From positions 1 through 52,155 of the forward strand of contig CAWBHS010000021.1 in assembly GCA_963788655.1 (NCBI GenBank): a DNA stretch of 52,155 bases, read 5' to 3'. The notes beneath the pieces are model-generated. The model ran no database searches and was not told the origin of the DNA. It saw only the letters and a program-made list of their open reading frames with translations. The DNA comes from an uncultured Verrucomicrobiae bacterium. GTDB lineage: Bacteria > Verrucomicrobiota > Verrucomicrobiia > Limisphaerales > JAFGQR01. This document shows, one piece after another, positions 36,928-47,235 of this stretch. The position numbers and the translations under genes were made by a program. Each line of letters opens with the position of its first letter. Position 1 is the stretch's first letter.

Positions 36928-37167
36928 ATGTTTTCCGTCGCTAGCCTTAAGAGCATCGACCGCGAGGCGGCCGAGTACACGATCTTTGCCGTGGCGACCG
37001 AACAAAGCAGCAACTCCACCATCGTGATCGAGCCGCAATCCGGACGGCTGACTTGGACCGCTCTGGAAGGGCAGTGGCAGGTGCAGGTGGTCGAGCAGCA
37101 GTATCGAACCCCGGCAACGCGCTCGGTTAACAATCCCAGGGGGGGCAACGCTCAAGCCATCCTTTGA
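36928..37167 (+). pseudogene. Possible internal fragment of a lost glycoside hydrolase gene
   Basis: Coding-like composition; GRLTWTALEGQWQV…YRTPATRSVNNP resembles an internal segment of GH106-type enzymes (from recall, unverified). Confidence 0.3.
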
Positions 37168-37246
37168 GTATGAGGCGCCGGCCAATTCACTCACTGTGTT
37201 CCGCTTTCGAAAATAGTGTCTCAACAAGAACCCTCGACTCACAGCC

Positions 37247-38335
37247 ATGAAAATTCCACTCTTTAGCCTCCACACACACTCTGGCCTGTTGGCAGCGGTG
37301 CTGTTAACTGCGATAATACCTGCCAGATCTGCCGACATGCCGAAGACGCCCTTTGCCACCCCGCTACAGTGGAAGTCCACGGGCGTGCTGATCAAGCCGG
37401 TATCCGATGAATCGCACGAAATCGTGTCCGTCAAGGATCCCACGGTGGTCCACTACAACGACCGGTGGCACATCTACGCGACTGTTTACTCGACCTCCGC
37501 CAGAACCTGGAACATGGTTTACCTGAATTTCAAGGACTGGTCGGAAGCCTCCAAGGCGAAGCTGTACTACCTGGATCAGAATCCCAATTTGAAAGGGTAT
37601 CACTGCGCGCCGAACGTGTTCTATTTCCGCCCACACAAGAAATGGTATCTGATCTTCCAGTCGCAGCAGCCCCAGTACACGACCACCGACGATCTCTCCA
37701 AACCGGAAACCTGGCCCCGGCCCAAGGACTTCTTCCGGACCAAGCCCCCCGGCGCGCCACGGCTGTGGATCGATTACTGGATGATCTGCGACGATACGCA
37801 CGCCTACCTGTTCTTCACCGGGGATAATGGCCGCCTGTATCGCAGCCGGACCAAAATTGAGGACTTCCCCGAAGGCATGAGCGACCCGGAGGTGGTCATC
37901 CAGGGCCCGCGCAACGATGTGTTCGAGGGAAGCATGACCTACAAGATCAAGGGCGCCAACACCTACCTGACGCTCGTCGAAGCCATCGGGCCGGCGCGCT
38001 ATTATCGCGCCTGGATATCCGACCGCCTTGATGGCGAATGGACGCCCGTTCCAAACGCTGACACGTGGCAGAAGCCGTTCGCCGGGATCAACAATGTCAC
38101 CTTCGAAGACGGCGTGACGCCCTGGACCCGGGACATCAGCCACGGAGAACTGCTTCGCGACGGTTATGACGAAACAATGACCATCGATCCCGGCAACCTC
38201 CAACTGCTTTACCAGGGTCGTGATCCGGCGAGCGGCGGGCGCTATGAACTGTTGCCCTATCAGCTCGGGCTGCTGACACTGGACACCGCCGGAAAGAAGA
38301 CAGCAACCTCGGAAAAGGCTGGAGGCTTGCAGTGA
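37247..38335 (+). CDS. GH62 alpha-L-arabinofuranosidase
   Basis: Signal peptide; SVKDPTVV, CAPNVFYF, IDYWMICD, FTGDNG, VFEGS, WTRDISHGEL and LPYQLGLL motifs. Confidence 0.92.
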   Translation: MKIPLFSLHTHSGLLAAVLLTAIIPARSADMPKTPFATPLQWKSTGVLIKPVSDESHEIVSVKDPTVVHYNDRWHIYATVYSTSARTWNMVYLNFKDWSEASKAKLYYLDQNPNLKGYHCAPNVFYFRPHKKWYLIFQSQQPQYTTTDDLSKPETWPRPKDFFRTKPPGAPRLWIDYWMICDDTHAYLFFTGDNGRLYRSRTKIEDFPEGMSDPEVVIQGPRNDVFEGSMTYKIKGANTYLTLVEAIGPARYYRAWISDRLDGEWTPVPNADTWQKPFAGINNVTFEDGVTPWTRDISHGELLRDGYDETMTIDPGNLQLLYQGRDPASGGRYELLPYQLGLLTLDTAGKKTATSEKAGGLQ

Positions 38336-38409
38336 TGAATGGCTCAAAATCATCAGTGCGTTGCAGCGGTATCTGCGAATCGTGGCGCCTCGGTTTGCGG
38401 ACGTTTCCT

Positions 38410-38608
38410 TTCCCCTCACCCCGGCCCTCTCCCGCAGGGAGAGGGAGGACGCTCGGCGCCGGCCGGGGATGGTCCACCCTTGCCGAATGTTCGTGGCCCT
38501 CCTTGCCGACCAGGAGACGGCGCCGAACACGGAGTCGGCAACCGAACTTTCGACGGAAATCCGCCGACTGTTCCCTCTCCCTGAGGGAGAGGGTCAGGGT
38601 GAGGGGAA
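38410..38608. repeat. Intergenic inverted pair of CCCTCACCCCGGCCCTCTCCC-type palindromic REP elements
   Basis: ttcccctcaccccggccctctcccgcagggagaggga … tccctctccctgagggagagggtcagggtgaggggaa. Confidence 0.85.
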
Positions 38609-38684
38609 GTCAACCGCCCTACCAATCCAGCAGTCTCAATTCCTCCCGGAAATGCCTGCCTCAACTCACTTAAATTCCACCACT

Positions 38685-40081
38685 ATGAAAACAGATCATG
38701 TAACCCTTCGAGGGTGTTCAAACAAACGTAGCAGCCGACGTAAGGAGGCTCATTCATCCTCTCCACTGAGCGGTTGGCCGACTCGATTTGAGCCGACTGA
38801 CGTCGGCTGCTACAACTTGGTCGGGTGGTGGAAACAGGCTCTCAATCCATGCATCAGATGCTTCACGGCGGTGCTGCTTTTCATCGGGGCAACGGCTCGG
38901 TCCGCCGACACCCCCACCCTCAAGGACGCTTACAAGGACTATTTCTACGTGGGCACGGCCATCAATCGCACCATCGCAACGGGCACCGCGTTCCGCTGGC
39001 GGAGCCAGGAACAGGTGGAGAAAGACATTGCCCTCGTCAAGGAACAGTTCAACCAGATTTCCCCGGAGAACGATCTGAAGTGGGCGCTCATCCATCCGCG
39101 GGATGGCGAGGATGGTTATAACTTCGAGCCGGCTGATGCTTTTGTGAATTTCGGCCTCAGCAACCACATGTATCTCGTGGGACATACGCTGGTCTGGCAC
39201 AGTCAGACTCCCTTCTGGATCTTCCAAGGGACCAATTTACCGCCGGGAGAAACGAATGCTTCCTCAGCCACCACGAACGCGGAGGGGACGAATGCGCGCC
39301 GCAGTGGCCGATTTGGCCGTGGTTTCGGACGCGGCGGTTTCACCGGGCCACGAGCATCCCGTGGAGAATTACTCGAACGGATGCGCGATCACATCCACAC
39401 CGTCGTCGGTCGCTACCAAGGCAAGATCAAGGCCTGGGATGTCGTCAACGAAGCCCTCGCCGACCGAGGCACGAATATCCTGCGGAACTCGCTCTGGTTG
39501 CAAATCATTGGCCCAGACTTCATCGCCAAAGCCTTCGAATATGCCCACGAGGCCGATCCAGACGCCATCCTTCGGTACAACGACTACGGGTTGGAGAATC
39601 CGGCCAAGCGCCGCAAACTCGTCACTTTGATCAAGTCCCTGCAGGAGCAAAAGGTTCCGGTCATGGCCATCGGTACGCAGGCCCACCTCAATGTTTCTGG
39701 CGCCAGCTTTGAGAACATGGACCAGGCCTTGACCGAGTTGGAAACCCTGGGATTGCCTATTCACATCACCGAGCTCGACATCAACAGCGCGCAGGGCGGC
39801 CAGCGCAATACCGGGGCGGACATCGCCAACAACGCCGCCGCCACCCAAGGCGGGTTGGTGGATGAAGCCAACCAGCGTTTAACCGAAGCATACCAGGAAT
39901 TTTCCGCGCCTTCGTGAAACACCAAGCCTCGGTCAAGGTCGTCACGTTCTGGGGCCCCAATGACGCGAACTCCTGGCGCCGCAATGGCAAACCGCTGTTG
40001 TTCGACGTCAACAGCCAGCCCAAACCGGCCTTTGATGCGGTCATCCGCGTCGCCACTGAAAAGCAGCCGGACTCGCGGTGA
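38685..40081 (+). CDS. GH10 endo-1,4-beta-xylanase (apparent frameshift near 39900)
   Basis: ISPENDLKW, GHTLVWHSQ, WDVVNEA, YNDY and IHITELD motifs; VTFWG…PLLFD…KPAF follow in the shifted frame. Confidence 0.9.
38728..38813. repeat. GTAG-type REP doublet, second copy, in the 5' region of GH10
   Basis: gtagcagccgacgtaaggaggctc…gagccgactgacgtcggctgctac. Confidence 0.85.
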
Positions 40082-40443
40082 TTTCTCAACGCACCGGCAA
40101 CACCTCAATATCAAATAAGGTGTTGAAACTCCCCGCCGCCGGTCATACCAACGGCGAGAGTGCTGTTTGAGTTCTTTCATGAACGCCGACCCATCCCTCC
40201 GTTCGACCATTGAGTACGAAAGTTTCTTCGCGCAAACGAAAAAGGACAGCGTCGTATTGGTCAGAGCGCGGTTCGCGTGGGTGACTGCCGCGCCAGCCCG
40301 CAGCACAGCGGCGACCCTGGCGGCTTCGCCGATTTTTGACTGTTGTCATTGGAGGCATTATCGAATCGCATGCACTGGTGAGTGCAAGGCAGTTGGGTTT
40401 CCCGGTCGAAGCGCCGGGCTTCGGCCGGGGTTTTCGCCTTGGA

Positions 40444-41003
40444 TTATTCGTGGTTCTGCCGGTAGAAGAAGTAATCGGCGAGGTAAGGCACTTCGGCAAC
40501 CTGCCCGACGAAGTCGCCGGCAACGGCAGGGGCCTTGCCGCCTTCGGTGTTGACCCGCTGGATGTAGGTGGTGTTGGCAAAGATGCCGGGACCTTCCGAG
40601 GTCAATTTTGTGAGCCGCAACCACGGGATGGCGTCGGGGTCCACGGTGATGCTCTTGGGCGGCAAGGCTCCCACCACCATGCTGCCACTGTTACTTTTCC
40701 ACGTGGGACCAGCGAAATGGGTTGCCACGACATTGCCTTCGTCATCATATAACGTGGCGTCGGGTACCGCCGCGCCCCAAGTGGAACCGTTCCAGGTGTA
40801 AATCTGCACCCCCACCCCAAGCCGTGGAAGTGAACCTTGTTGCCCTCCGGCACAGCGATCTCAACCGGAACCTCGGGAGCACGGTTGTCTTTGGCCGGGG
40901 CGGTTGCCGCAGAGGTAACTATCAGTCCGAGGCCAATCAAAGTGGGAAGCCATGCACTGCATTGCGTCCACCGACCTGTATTTCTGTTATGGTTTGTGTT
41001 CAT
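40444..41003 (-). CDS. Secreted DUF3455-like protein (apparent frameshift near 40815)
   Basis: Signal peptide; GVQIY…PDATL…HFAGPTW…AIPWL…YIQRVNTEGGKAP…VPYLADYFFY. Confidence 0.8.
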
Positions 41004-41115
41004 TGTCTATTTCTTGTTTGTTAATGAGTTGTTTCGTTTCTTGAACGCCCGCCCCAACTCTTCAGCGCGCGCCTGACGTTTCAACGTCTTCCAGTGTTAA
41101 CGTCCCCGGCGCAGT

Positions 41116-41766
41116 TCAATGCAACCGTGGACAATTTGTGATTCCGGCAGCGCCGAATTGTTCCCGGAGGTAGGCGGAACTTAAGTCCCATTCCTCGCTG
41201 CCGCGTTCAGGCATTAGGGCTGCCAACCGAGCCCGGCGGCCAGAAACCTCCGGTTGGGGGGATGAAACACGAACATCGCCTGACAATAGAATTTCCCGGA
41301 GCTGGGCGATGCCTCGGGCAATGCGCGACTTCACTGTGCCTATCGGTATGCCGAGGATTGCGGCGATGTCTTGGTAGGGGCAGTCTTCCAGATAGAACAG
41401 TGCCACCGCTGCCTGATAAACCTCGTCCACTTGGGCAAGCGCGGACAGCACCTGCGCCGAATCCACCTGATCGAACTGGAGCGGGGAGACCGCCGGCAAT
41501 TCGTCCGCGATGTTCTCCCAATGGTGGTGAATGTAACGGCATTGCCGGCGCCAACGGGCGAGGAACGCGTGGTGCAAGGTCGTGAACAGCCACGTCTTGA
41601 CCTTGGAACGGTCCCGCAGTTGATGCCCCTTCGTGGCCCAGACATAAAACGTTTGCTGGGTAAGGTCCCACGCGTCGGACTCCGCCCGAGTCAGGCTCAG
41701 CGCGAACCTGAAGAGCGGTTCGTAGTGCTGGCTGACGATTGTTTCGAACTGATCGGCTGCATTCAT
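41116..41766 (-). CDS. ECF RNA polymerase sigma factor with short C-terminal extension
   Basis: LFRFALSL…DAWDLTQQTF…VKTWLFTTL and YQDIAAILGIPIGTVKSRIARG. Confidence 0.9.
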   Translation of the reverse strand: MNAADQFETIVSQHYEPLFRFALSLTRAESDAWDLTQQTFYVWATKGHQLRDRSKVKTWLFTTLHHAFLARWRRQCRYIHHHWENIADELPAVSPLQFDQVDSAQVLSALAQVDEVYQAAVALFYLEDCPYQDIAAILGIPIGTVKSRIARGIAQLREILLSGDVRVSSPQPEVSGRRARLAALMPERGSEEWDLSSAYLREQFGAAGITNCPRLH

Positions 41767-41884
41767 AATTCGTTTGGTACTTCGCTGTCTCAACGATTGA
41801 GACTGCCATACTTCCCATGGGAAGCGGACCGGCACAATGGGACGAAGGAGCAGGCGGGGGAGCCCAAAGTTTGCAGTTTCCTGA

Positions 41885-41900
41885 TGGGGCGAAAGTCCCA
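41885..41900. promoter_or_regulatory. Dyad regulator box TGGGRC-N4-GYCCCA
   Basis: tggggc-gaaa-gtccca between the divergent ECF and RTX-like genes; near-identical boxes at 46998 and 49568. Confidence 0.65.
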
Positions 41901-41936
41901 TTGCGACTGCGCGACGCAACGGCAGAAACTGCGCCG

Positions 41937-43927
41937 ATGAAGTGCATTGAATTTCCTGCAGTCAATCGGTGGTGGTGGATCCTCGTCTTTAACGCTGCTT
42001 TTGCCCCGGCTGAGACGGCCTTGAGCACCACCGATCCTACCCTGGAGGTCCACTATGTCCGCACCGGCCAGAGCCTCATTTTGAGCTGGGCCAGCGCCGA
42101 GGCGGTGTCTTATCAAATCGAAGTGAGCTCAACGTTGATCACCTGGACCAACGTCAGCCCGGTCATGACCGGCACGGAATTACCGTTATCCTTCACCAAT
42201 TCCATGATCGGCCAAAGCAGGCAATTGTTTCGGGTTAAGCGAGTGTTTCCCGCTGCTCCCGGTTCAGCGGTGTTCAATCCTGTAACGAGTCTGTTGACCA
42301 TTGTTGGCGATGCCTTGCACCCCGTGATCAACGTCGCGAACGACGGTGCGGGGGTGATCCTTGTGAACGGTGGAGCAATTCCAGTTACCGGTGGTGTGGC
42401 CACGGTCGCCAATACGGTTCTCATCCAGGTCCTAGGCTCGACGGGCAGCGATCAGCTTACCGTGGGCAACTCCTTGCCCCCCCCGCCCATCTGTTTGGTG
42501 AGGCAGGCGATGACATCATCATGGGCGGGAGCGGCAACGACTTGATTGTCGGCGGTCCCGGCCAGGATACCCTTGCGGGCCGGCAAGGCAGCGATCGCAT
42601 TTATCCCGACGGGGACGATACGGTCGTTTGGAACCCGGGCGACGGCAGCGACGTGGTGGAGGGGCGGGGCGCAAACAACACTTTGGTTTTCAATGGCGCG
42701 AATGTTAGCGAACACTTCGACCTTTCCGCGAACGGCTCGCGTCTGCGGCTTACCCGCGACGTGGCAGCGGTTACCCTCGACGTGAACGGTGTGCAAACGG
42801 TGGACATCATAACGCTGGGCGGTGCGGACAACGTGACCGTCAACAGTCTGTCCGGTACTGCCGTCACTCAGGTCAACGTGGATCTCGCGGCGACCGGCGG
42901 GGCCGGCGATGGGCAACCTGATACGGTCGCGCTCAACGGGACCGCCGGGCCGGACACCTTCAACCTTGCCGCCAACGGAAGTGCAATTGAGGCGGCTGAC
43001 CTGGGCACGCTCGTGCGTGTCGCCAATGCGGAATTGGCCAATGACCGGGTCGTTGTCAACGGAGTCGGCGGGGACACGGTAAACGCGAATGGCACCGCGG
43101 GACTCGATACCATGCAGCTTCTTCCGTCACCAGTGACTGGTTACGCCCGGGTGAATATCTCGAGTTCCGCGCCGCCGATCGATGTGATCGGCGCGCTGAC
43201 GCTAGCCGTCAACGGACTGGGCGGCACCGACACGATCGTCGCCGGCAATGGCCTCGCGGCTCTGGGCATTCCGCTGGTATTGGACGGCGGTGACGACGAC
43301 GACTTCATCGCGGGCGGCGATGCCGCCGAAACCATTATCGGTGGCCCCGGCAACGACACGGTGAGCGGCGGTCGCGGCAACGACGTCATCTTGCTGGGCA
43401 ATGGAAATGACACCTGCACGTGGAATCCCGGTGACGGGAGCGACACCATCGAGGGGCAACTCGGCAACGACACCCTGGTTTTCAACGGCGCGAATGTTAG
43501 CGAACATTTCGACCTTTCCGCGAATGGCTCGCGTCTGCGGCTTTTCCGGGACGTGGCCAACGTCATCCTCGACGCTAACGGCCTGGAGACGGTCAACATT
43601 CAAGCCTTGGGCGGTGCGGACAATGTGACGGTCAACAGTCTGGCTGGCACCTCCGTCACCCAGGTCAACGTTGATCTCGCGGCTACGGGCGGGACGGGTG
43701 ATAGCCAGCCGGACACGGTCACCATCAACGGAACAGAGGCGTCGGACAAGATCGACCTCACCGCCAACGCCGGTACCGTCGTGGCCACTGGCTTGGCGGC
43801 TCAGGTGCAAATTACTCATCCCGAGGTGGCCCTTGACACCCTCATCGTCAATGGACTCGGAGGCATCGATTCGTTTGGTCTCGGACCCGTCGTGACCACC
43901 CTGATCGCGGTCATCCTCAATCAGTGA
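41937..43927 (+). CDS. Secreted RTX/hemolysin-type Ca-binding repeat protein (frameshift in the C-run near 42480)
   Basis: GGSGND, GGPGQD, GGPGND and GGRGND nonapeptides; ~110-aa internal duplication WNPGDGSD…FNGANVSEHFDLSANGSRLRL…TQVNVDLAATGG. Confidence 0.85.
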
Positions 43928-43979
43928 CAAGCCGCCACGGCTCAGTTCCTTAATCGCCGACGCTTCGGGATATGAGTTT

Positions 43980-45365
43980 TCATTCCGGCCGGATGTTTTG
44001 ATTTAGCCGGAAGAAATTCCCCGGATCGTAGGTCTGCTTGATCTGGGCGAGGCGCGCATAGTTCGAACCGAAGGCCGACTTCACCCGATCGGTTTCCTCG
44101 GCGGTGAGAAAGTTCGAGTAGGCACCGCCGGTCGCGAACGGGAGGGTGGCCCGATAAACCTCCCGCGCCCAGGCGATGCCGGCCTGGTCTTCGGCGGGCG
44201 AGTTCCAGCGGCCATGCACGTTCATCACGAAATTGGCGTCGCGATTGCCAAAGGCGGTCGCGTCCGCGGCCACACGCCCAACCTGCCCGCCGAGTTGAGC
44301 AAGGAAGAGCTCACAGTGAGGCGAGGGTAATTCCCCGGCAAAATCCACGAGCGTGTTGAGCAATCCATCCTTCAGTTCGAGAAAATTGTGTGACTTCCAA
44401 TAGTTGCGCGCTCCCGGAGTGAGCAATGGATCGAAGGCCTGCTGCCAGGCTGTGAACGGCTGCATGCCGACGTGCTGGCCCAGGACCTTTCCAAATTCCG
44501 CCAGCGGCGCGATGAATTTCCGGCCGTTTTCCTCTGCGCCCAGATAACAGAGAGCCAGCACCAGGATATCCTGTCCATGCACTTCCGGAGGAAGAAACGG
44601 CAGGGGCGGCGCTTTTCGCATCACGATCCATACGCTCAAGTCTTCCGGCGCCGTGGCGACGAACGCCCGGTATTTCCGCAGCACCTTTCCAGCTTCCGCG
44701 TGAGGAAACACAATCAAGCCGCTCAAAACCTCCGGCCCGACCGGATGCAGAGCAAACTCAAACTCCGTGACCACGCCAAAATTTCCACCGCCACCCCGCA
44801 AGGCCCAAAACAGATCCGGATGCGACGTCCCGCTGGCCTGAAGACATTTTGCCTCTGCGGTGACAACGCGGGCGGAAACGAGGTTGTCGGAGGTGAGCCC
44901 GAGTTTGCGGCTTAACCAGCCGAACCCGCCGCCGAGGGCAAGGCCGGCGATTCCGGTGGTGGAGTTGATTCCGGTCGGCGTGGCGAGGCCATGGGCCTGA
45001 GTCGCGCGATCCACATCGCCCAGCGTTGCGCCGGGTTGCACGTAAGCCCGGCGGGCCGGCGCGTCCACCCGGACCTCCTTCATGGTGGAAAGGTCAATCA
45101 TCAAGCCGCCGTCGCACACGGCATGACCGGCGATGTTGTGGCCGCCGCCACGAATGGCGACGATAAGCTCGTTTTCGCGGGCATACTTGACGGCGTACAT
45201 CACGTCGCCCTCGGTGCGGCAACACACAATGAGGGCCGGCTTGCGGTCAATCATGCCGTTCCAGATCGAGCGGGCTTCGTTGTAGTTGGAATCGCCCGGC
45301 AGAATGAGAGTTCCGTCGAGGCGCTGTTTCAAGCGGGTGATGTCGTTTAAGGTGGCAGTTGTCAT
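43980..45365 (-). CDS. FAD-binding oxidoreductase with berberine-bridge-enzyme (BBE) domain
   Basis: RGGGHN, LGGGFGWL, DLFWALRGGGGNFGVVT and IKQTYDPGNFF motifs. Confidence 0.93.
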   Translation of the reverse strand: MTTATLNDITRLKQRLDGTLILPGDSNYNEARSIWNGMIDRKPALIVCCRTEGDVMYAVKYARENELIVAIRGGGHNIAGHAVCDGGLMIDLSTMKEVRVDAPARRAYVQPGATLGDVDRATQAHGLATPTGINSTTGIAGLALGGGFGWLSRKLGLTSDNLVSARVVTAEAKCLQASGTSHPDLFWALRGGGGNFGVVTEFEFALHPVGPEVLSGLIVFPHAEAGKVLRKYRAFVATAPEDLSVWIVMRKAPPLPFLPPEVHGQDILVLALCYLGAEENGRKFIAPLAEFGKVLGQHVGMQPFTAWQQAFDPLLTPGARNYWKSHNFLELKDGLLNTLVDFAGELPSPHCELFLAQLGGQVGRVAADATAFGNRDANFVMNVHGRWNSPAEDQAGIAWAREVYRATLPFATGGAYSNFLTAEETDRVKSAFGSNYARLAQIKQTYDPGNFFRLNQNIRPE

Positions 45366-45409
45366 ATTCGTATTCTTTCTTGGTAACGGTGTGTTTCTTT
45401 TTCAGTCGG

Positions 45410-46390
45410 TTACGCGCTTCGCACAGTGACCACTTCCAGATACTCGGCGGCGACTTCGGTCGTGTCATGCCTTCCGGCGGTGTTGTTGGCGATGTGAAGC
45501 TCCACCAGATCCCGCCGCAGCGCGGCCTGGGCGGGAGCATCGAGCGAGGCGAAGGCCCGTTGCGTTGGGCCGTAATATTGGCGGAAGAACTCCACCGTTT
45601 CCGCAGGTGGAAATGGGTAGCGTATCATGGCAATGCGGCGCGTGAGGCGCACGGAACTGAAGCCGTGCTGTAATCGCGAACGCACGGTGGCTACATCGCC
45701 CCAGCCCATTGGCGATGGAACCCCGGCGGGCGGTGGCGGCAGGTGCACTTTGAAGACCTTGAACATCTTCCCGATGAAACCTTCGGGCGTCCAGTTGGCT
45801 AAAGCGATCACTCCGCGGGGTTTGGTCACCCGCCGGAGCTCGGCGACAGCGATGTCGGGTTGCGGGGTGAACATGACGCCGAATATGCTTACGGCGAGAT
45901 CGAATTGGTTGTCCTGGTAGGGCATTGCCTCGGCATCACCTTCTTTGAAATCAACGCGCAAAGCTTCAGCAGCCGCGCGGGCGCGGGCCTGAACGATGAG
46001 GTTCGTTGCGATGTCGATGCCGCTGACCTCGCAACCACGCCGGGCTGCAATAAGCGCGAGATTCCCGGTGCCGCACGCCACGTCGAGAACCTTCGCGCCG
46101 GGCCGGAGCGGTAGCCGCGCCATAAACTCTTCGGCAACGTGTTCAATGCTGCGGGCGACTTGTCCGAAGTCGCCGGACTCCCAGGTCGTCTTCTGCTGTG
46201 CTTTGACGGCTGGGAGGTTGGGGACGGGGGTAGATGCAACACTGGGGTTCAGGTCGGATCCGCGGCTTGAGCGGTCATGGCCTTTAGCCCAACCGCGAGA
46301 GTTCCGGTTTAGCTCAAGCAGGGTGATAGGCTTTGACGCCAAGTGACTGCCAGTGATGTTCATCGGTGTCAGATTCTCTTTGGCATGCAT
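45410..46390 (-). CDS. Class I SAM-dependent methyltransferase
   Basis: VLDVACGTGN, GDAEAMPY, SIFGVMF and ANWTPEGF motifs; start uncertain. Confidence 0.9.
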   Translation of the reverse strand: MHAKENLTPMNITGSHLASKPITLLELNRNSRGWAKGHDRSSRGSDLNPSVASTPVPNLPAVKAQQKTTWESGDFGQVARSIEHVAEEFMARLPLRPGAKVLDVACGTGNLALIAARRGCEVSGIDIATNLIVQARARAAAEALRVDFKEGDAEAMPYQDNQFDLAVSIFGVMFTPQPDIAVAELRRVTKPRGVIALANWTPEGFIGKMFKVFKVHLPPPPAGVPSPMGWGDVATVRSRLQHGFSSVRLTRRIAMIRYPFPPAETVEFFRQYYGPTQRAFASLDAPAQAALRRDLVELHIANNTAGRHDTTEVAAEYLEVVTVRSA

Positions 46391-46443
46391 AGGTTTGGTT
46401 TGTTTGTGTTTTTGAATTTGCTGTCAGGGGATGGTCCGGAGTT

Positions 46444-46902
46444 TCAATGCTTCGGGGTGACCTTGCCGGTGTAGGACTGGGCGACGATCTTGCCGTCGCG
46501 CACGACGAAGGTGTCCGTGCCCAATTCGTAAACGTTGTCGGCGGTCTCCGCGGTCCACAGAATGTAAGCGCAATTGTCCTCGATAAACTGATGCTTCATG
46601 TTGAATGCGGGGCCCGGTTTTCCGAACTCCGCAATCATCGCTTGAAAGAATGGCCGGATCTCGTCCGCTCCCCGCAGCGGTCCGTTTGAGGTGAACAGGA
46701 CGGCACCCGGCGCATAGTCTGAAAGGACGCCCTTCAGATCGCCCTCCATGAAACTCTTCAAGTGATGGTCGATAGCGTCTTTTGTCGAAGTCATTTCGCG
46801 GTTGTCCTTGGTTGGTTGTGGTTCTTTAGTTTCAGAAACCAGCGTTCGTTGAGTTGTATGTTTCGCGGCGAGATTTGGCCGAGCGATAAGAGTCGATTTC
46901 AT
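46444..46902 (-). CDS. SnoaL/NTF2-like protein
   Basis: HHLKSF…DYAPGAVL…GTDTFVVRDGKIVAQ; alternative start at MTSTK. Confidence 0.82.
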   Translation of the reverse strand: MKSTLIARPNLAAKHTTQRTLVSETKEPQPTKDNREMTSTKDAIDHHLKSFMEGDLKGVLSDYAPGAVLFTSNGPLRGADEIRPFFQAMIAEFGKPGPAFNMKHQFIEDNCAYILWTAETADNVYELGTDTFVVRDGKIVAQSYTGKVTPKH

Positions 46903-46997
46903 ATGTGTTCACTTTCATTGTTGAGTTAATGCCGCGGTCAAACGCGACCGTGGCACCTATGTGAGTCCAACCGCGCTGCCTGGTTCCAACCGGGCAC

Positions 46998-47013
46998 TGG
47001 GACTAAAGCCCCA
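46998..47013. promoter_or_regulatory. Dyad regulator box
   Basis: tgggac-taaa-gcccca about 95 bp upstream of the SnoaL-methyltransferase-oxidase operon. Confidence 0.65.
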
Positions 47014-47235
47014 TTCCGAGTATCCGTGTTTAGGGGAGTTGAAATCTGACCCATGGCCGCCGATTCGCCGGTTGTCCCTCCAGCGCGCCAGCAGCCTTCG
47101 CCAAAGCATTCTAAAAAGGTTCTTCACGAGGGAACTGGCATGACTCTGTGTCGTCACTCCTCATCCGGTTTGGCTGCGAGATGGAGAAGTGTTCGCGCGT
47201 TTGGCATGGTTCGCGGTTCATTTCATCCAGCTTCA

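Noticed and set aside
38361..38684. Long N-terminal extension of GH10 in the ORF track
   Set aside because: It is a translation of the intergenic REP pair. ATG 38685 after an AT-rich leader is the more plausible start.
42477..42484. Poly-C phase-variation tract in the RTX-like gene
   Set aside because: A C8 run cannot be distinguished from homopolymer sequencing error given the window-wide indel rate.
43980..46902. Secondary-metabolite biosynthetic cluster
   Set aside because: Only tailoring-type enzymes (oxidase, methyltransferase, SnoaL) are present, with no scaffold synthase or convincing precursor peptide.
46957..47157. 66-aa ORF between LRR-FGE and SnoaL
   Set aside because: No recognisable motif, and it overlaps the probable promoter box. 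Left uncalled.
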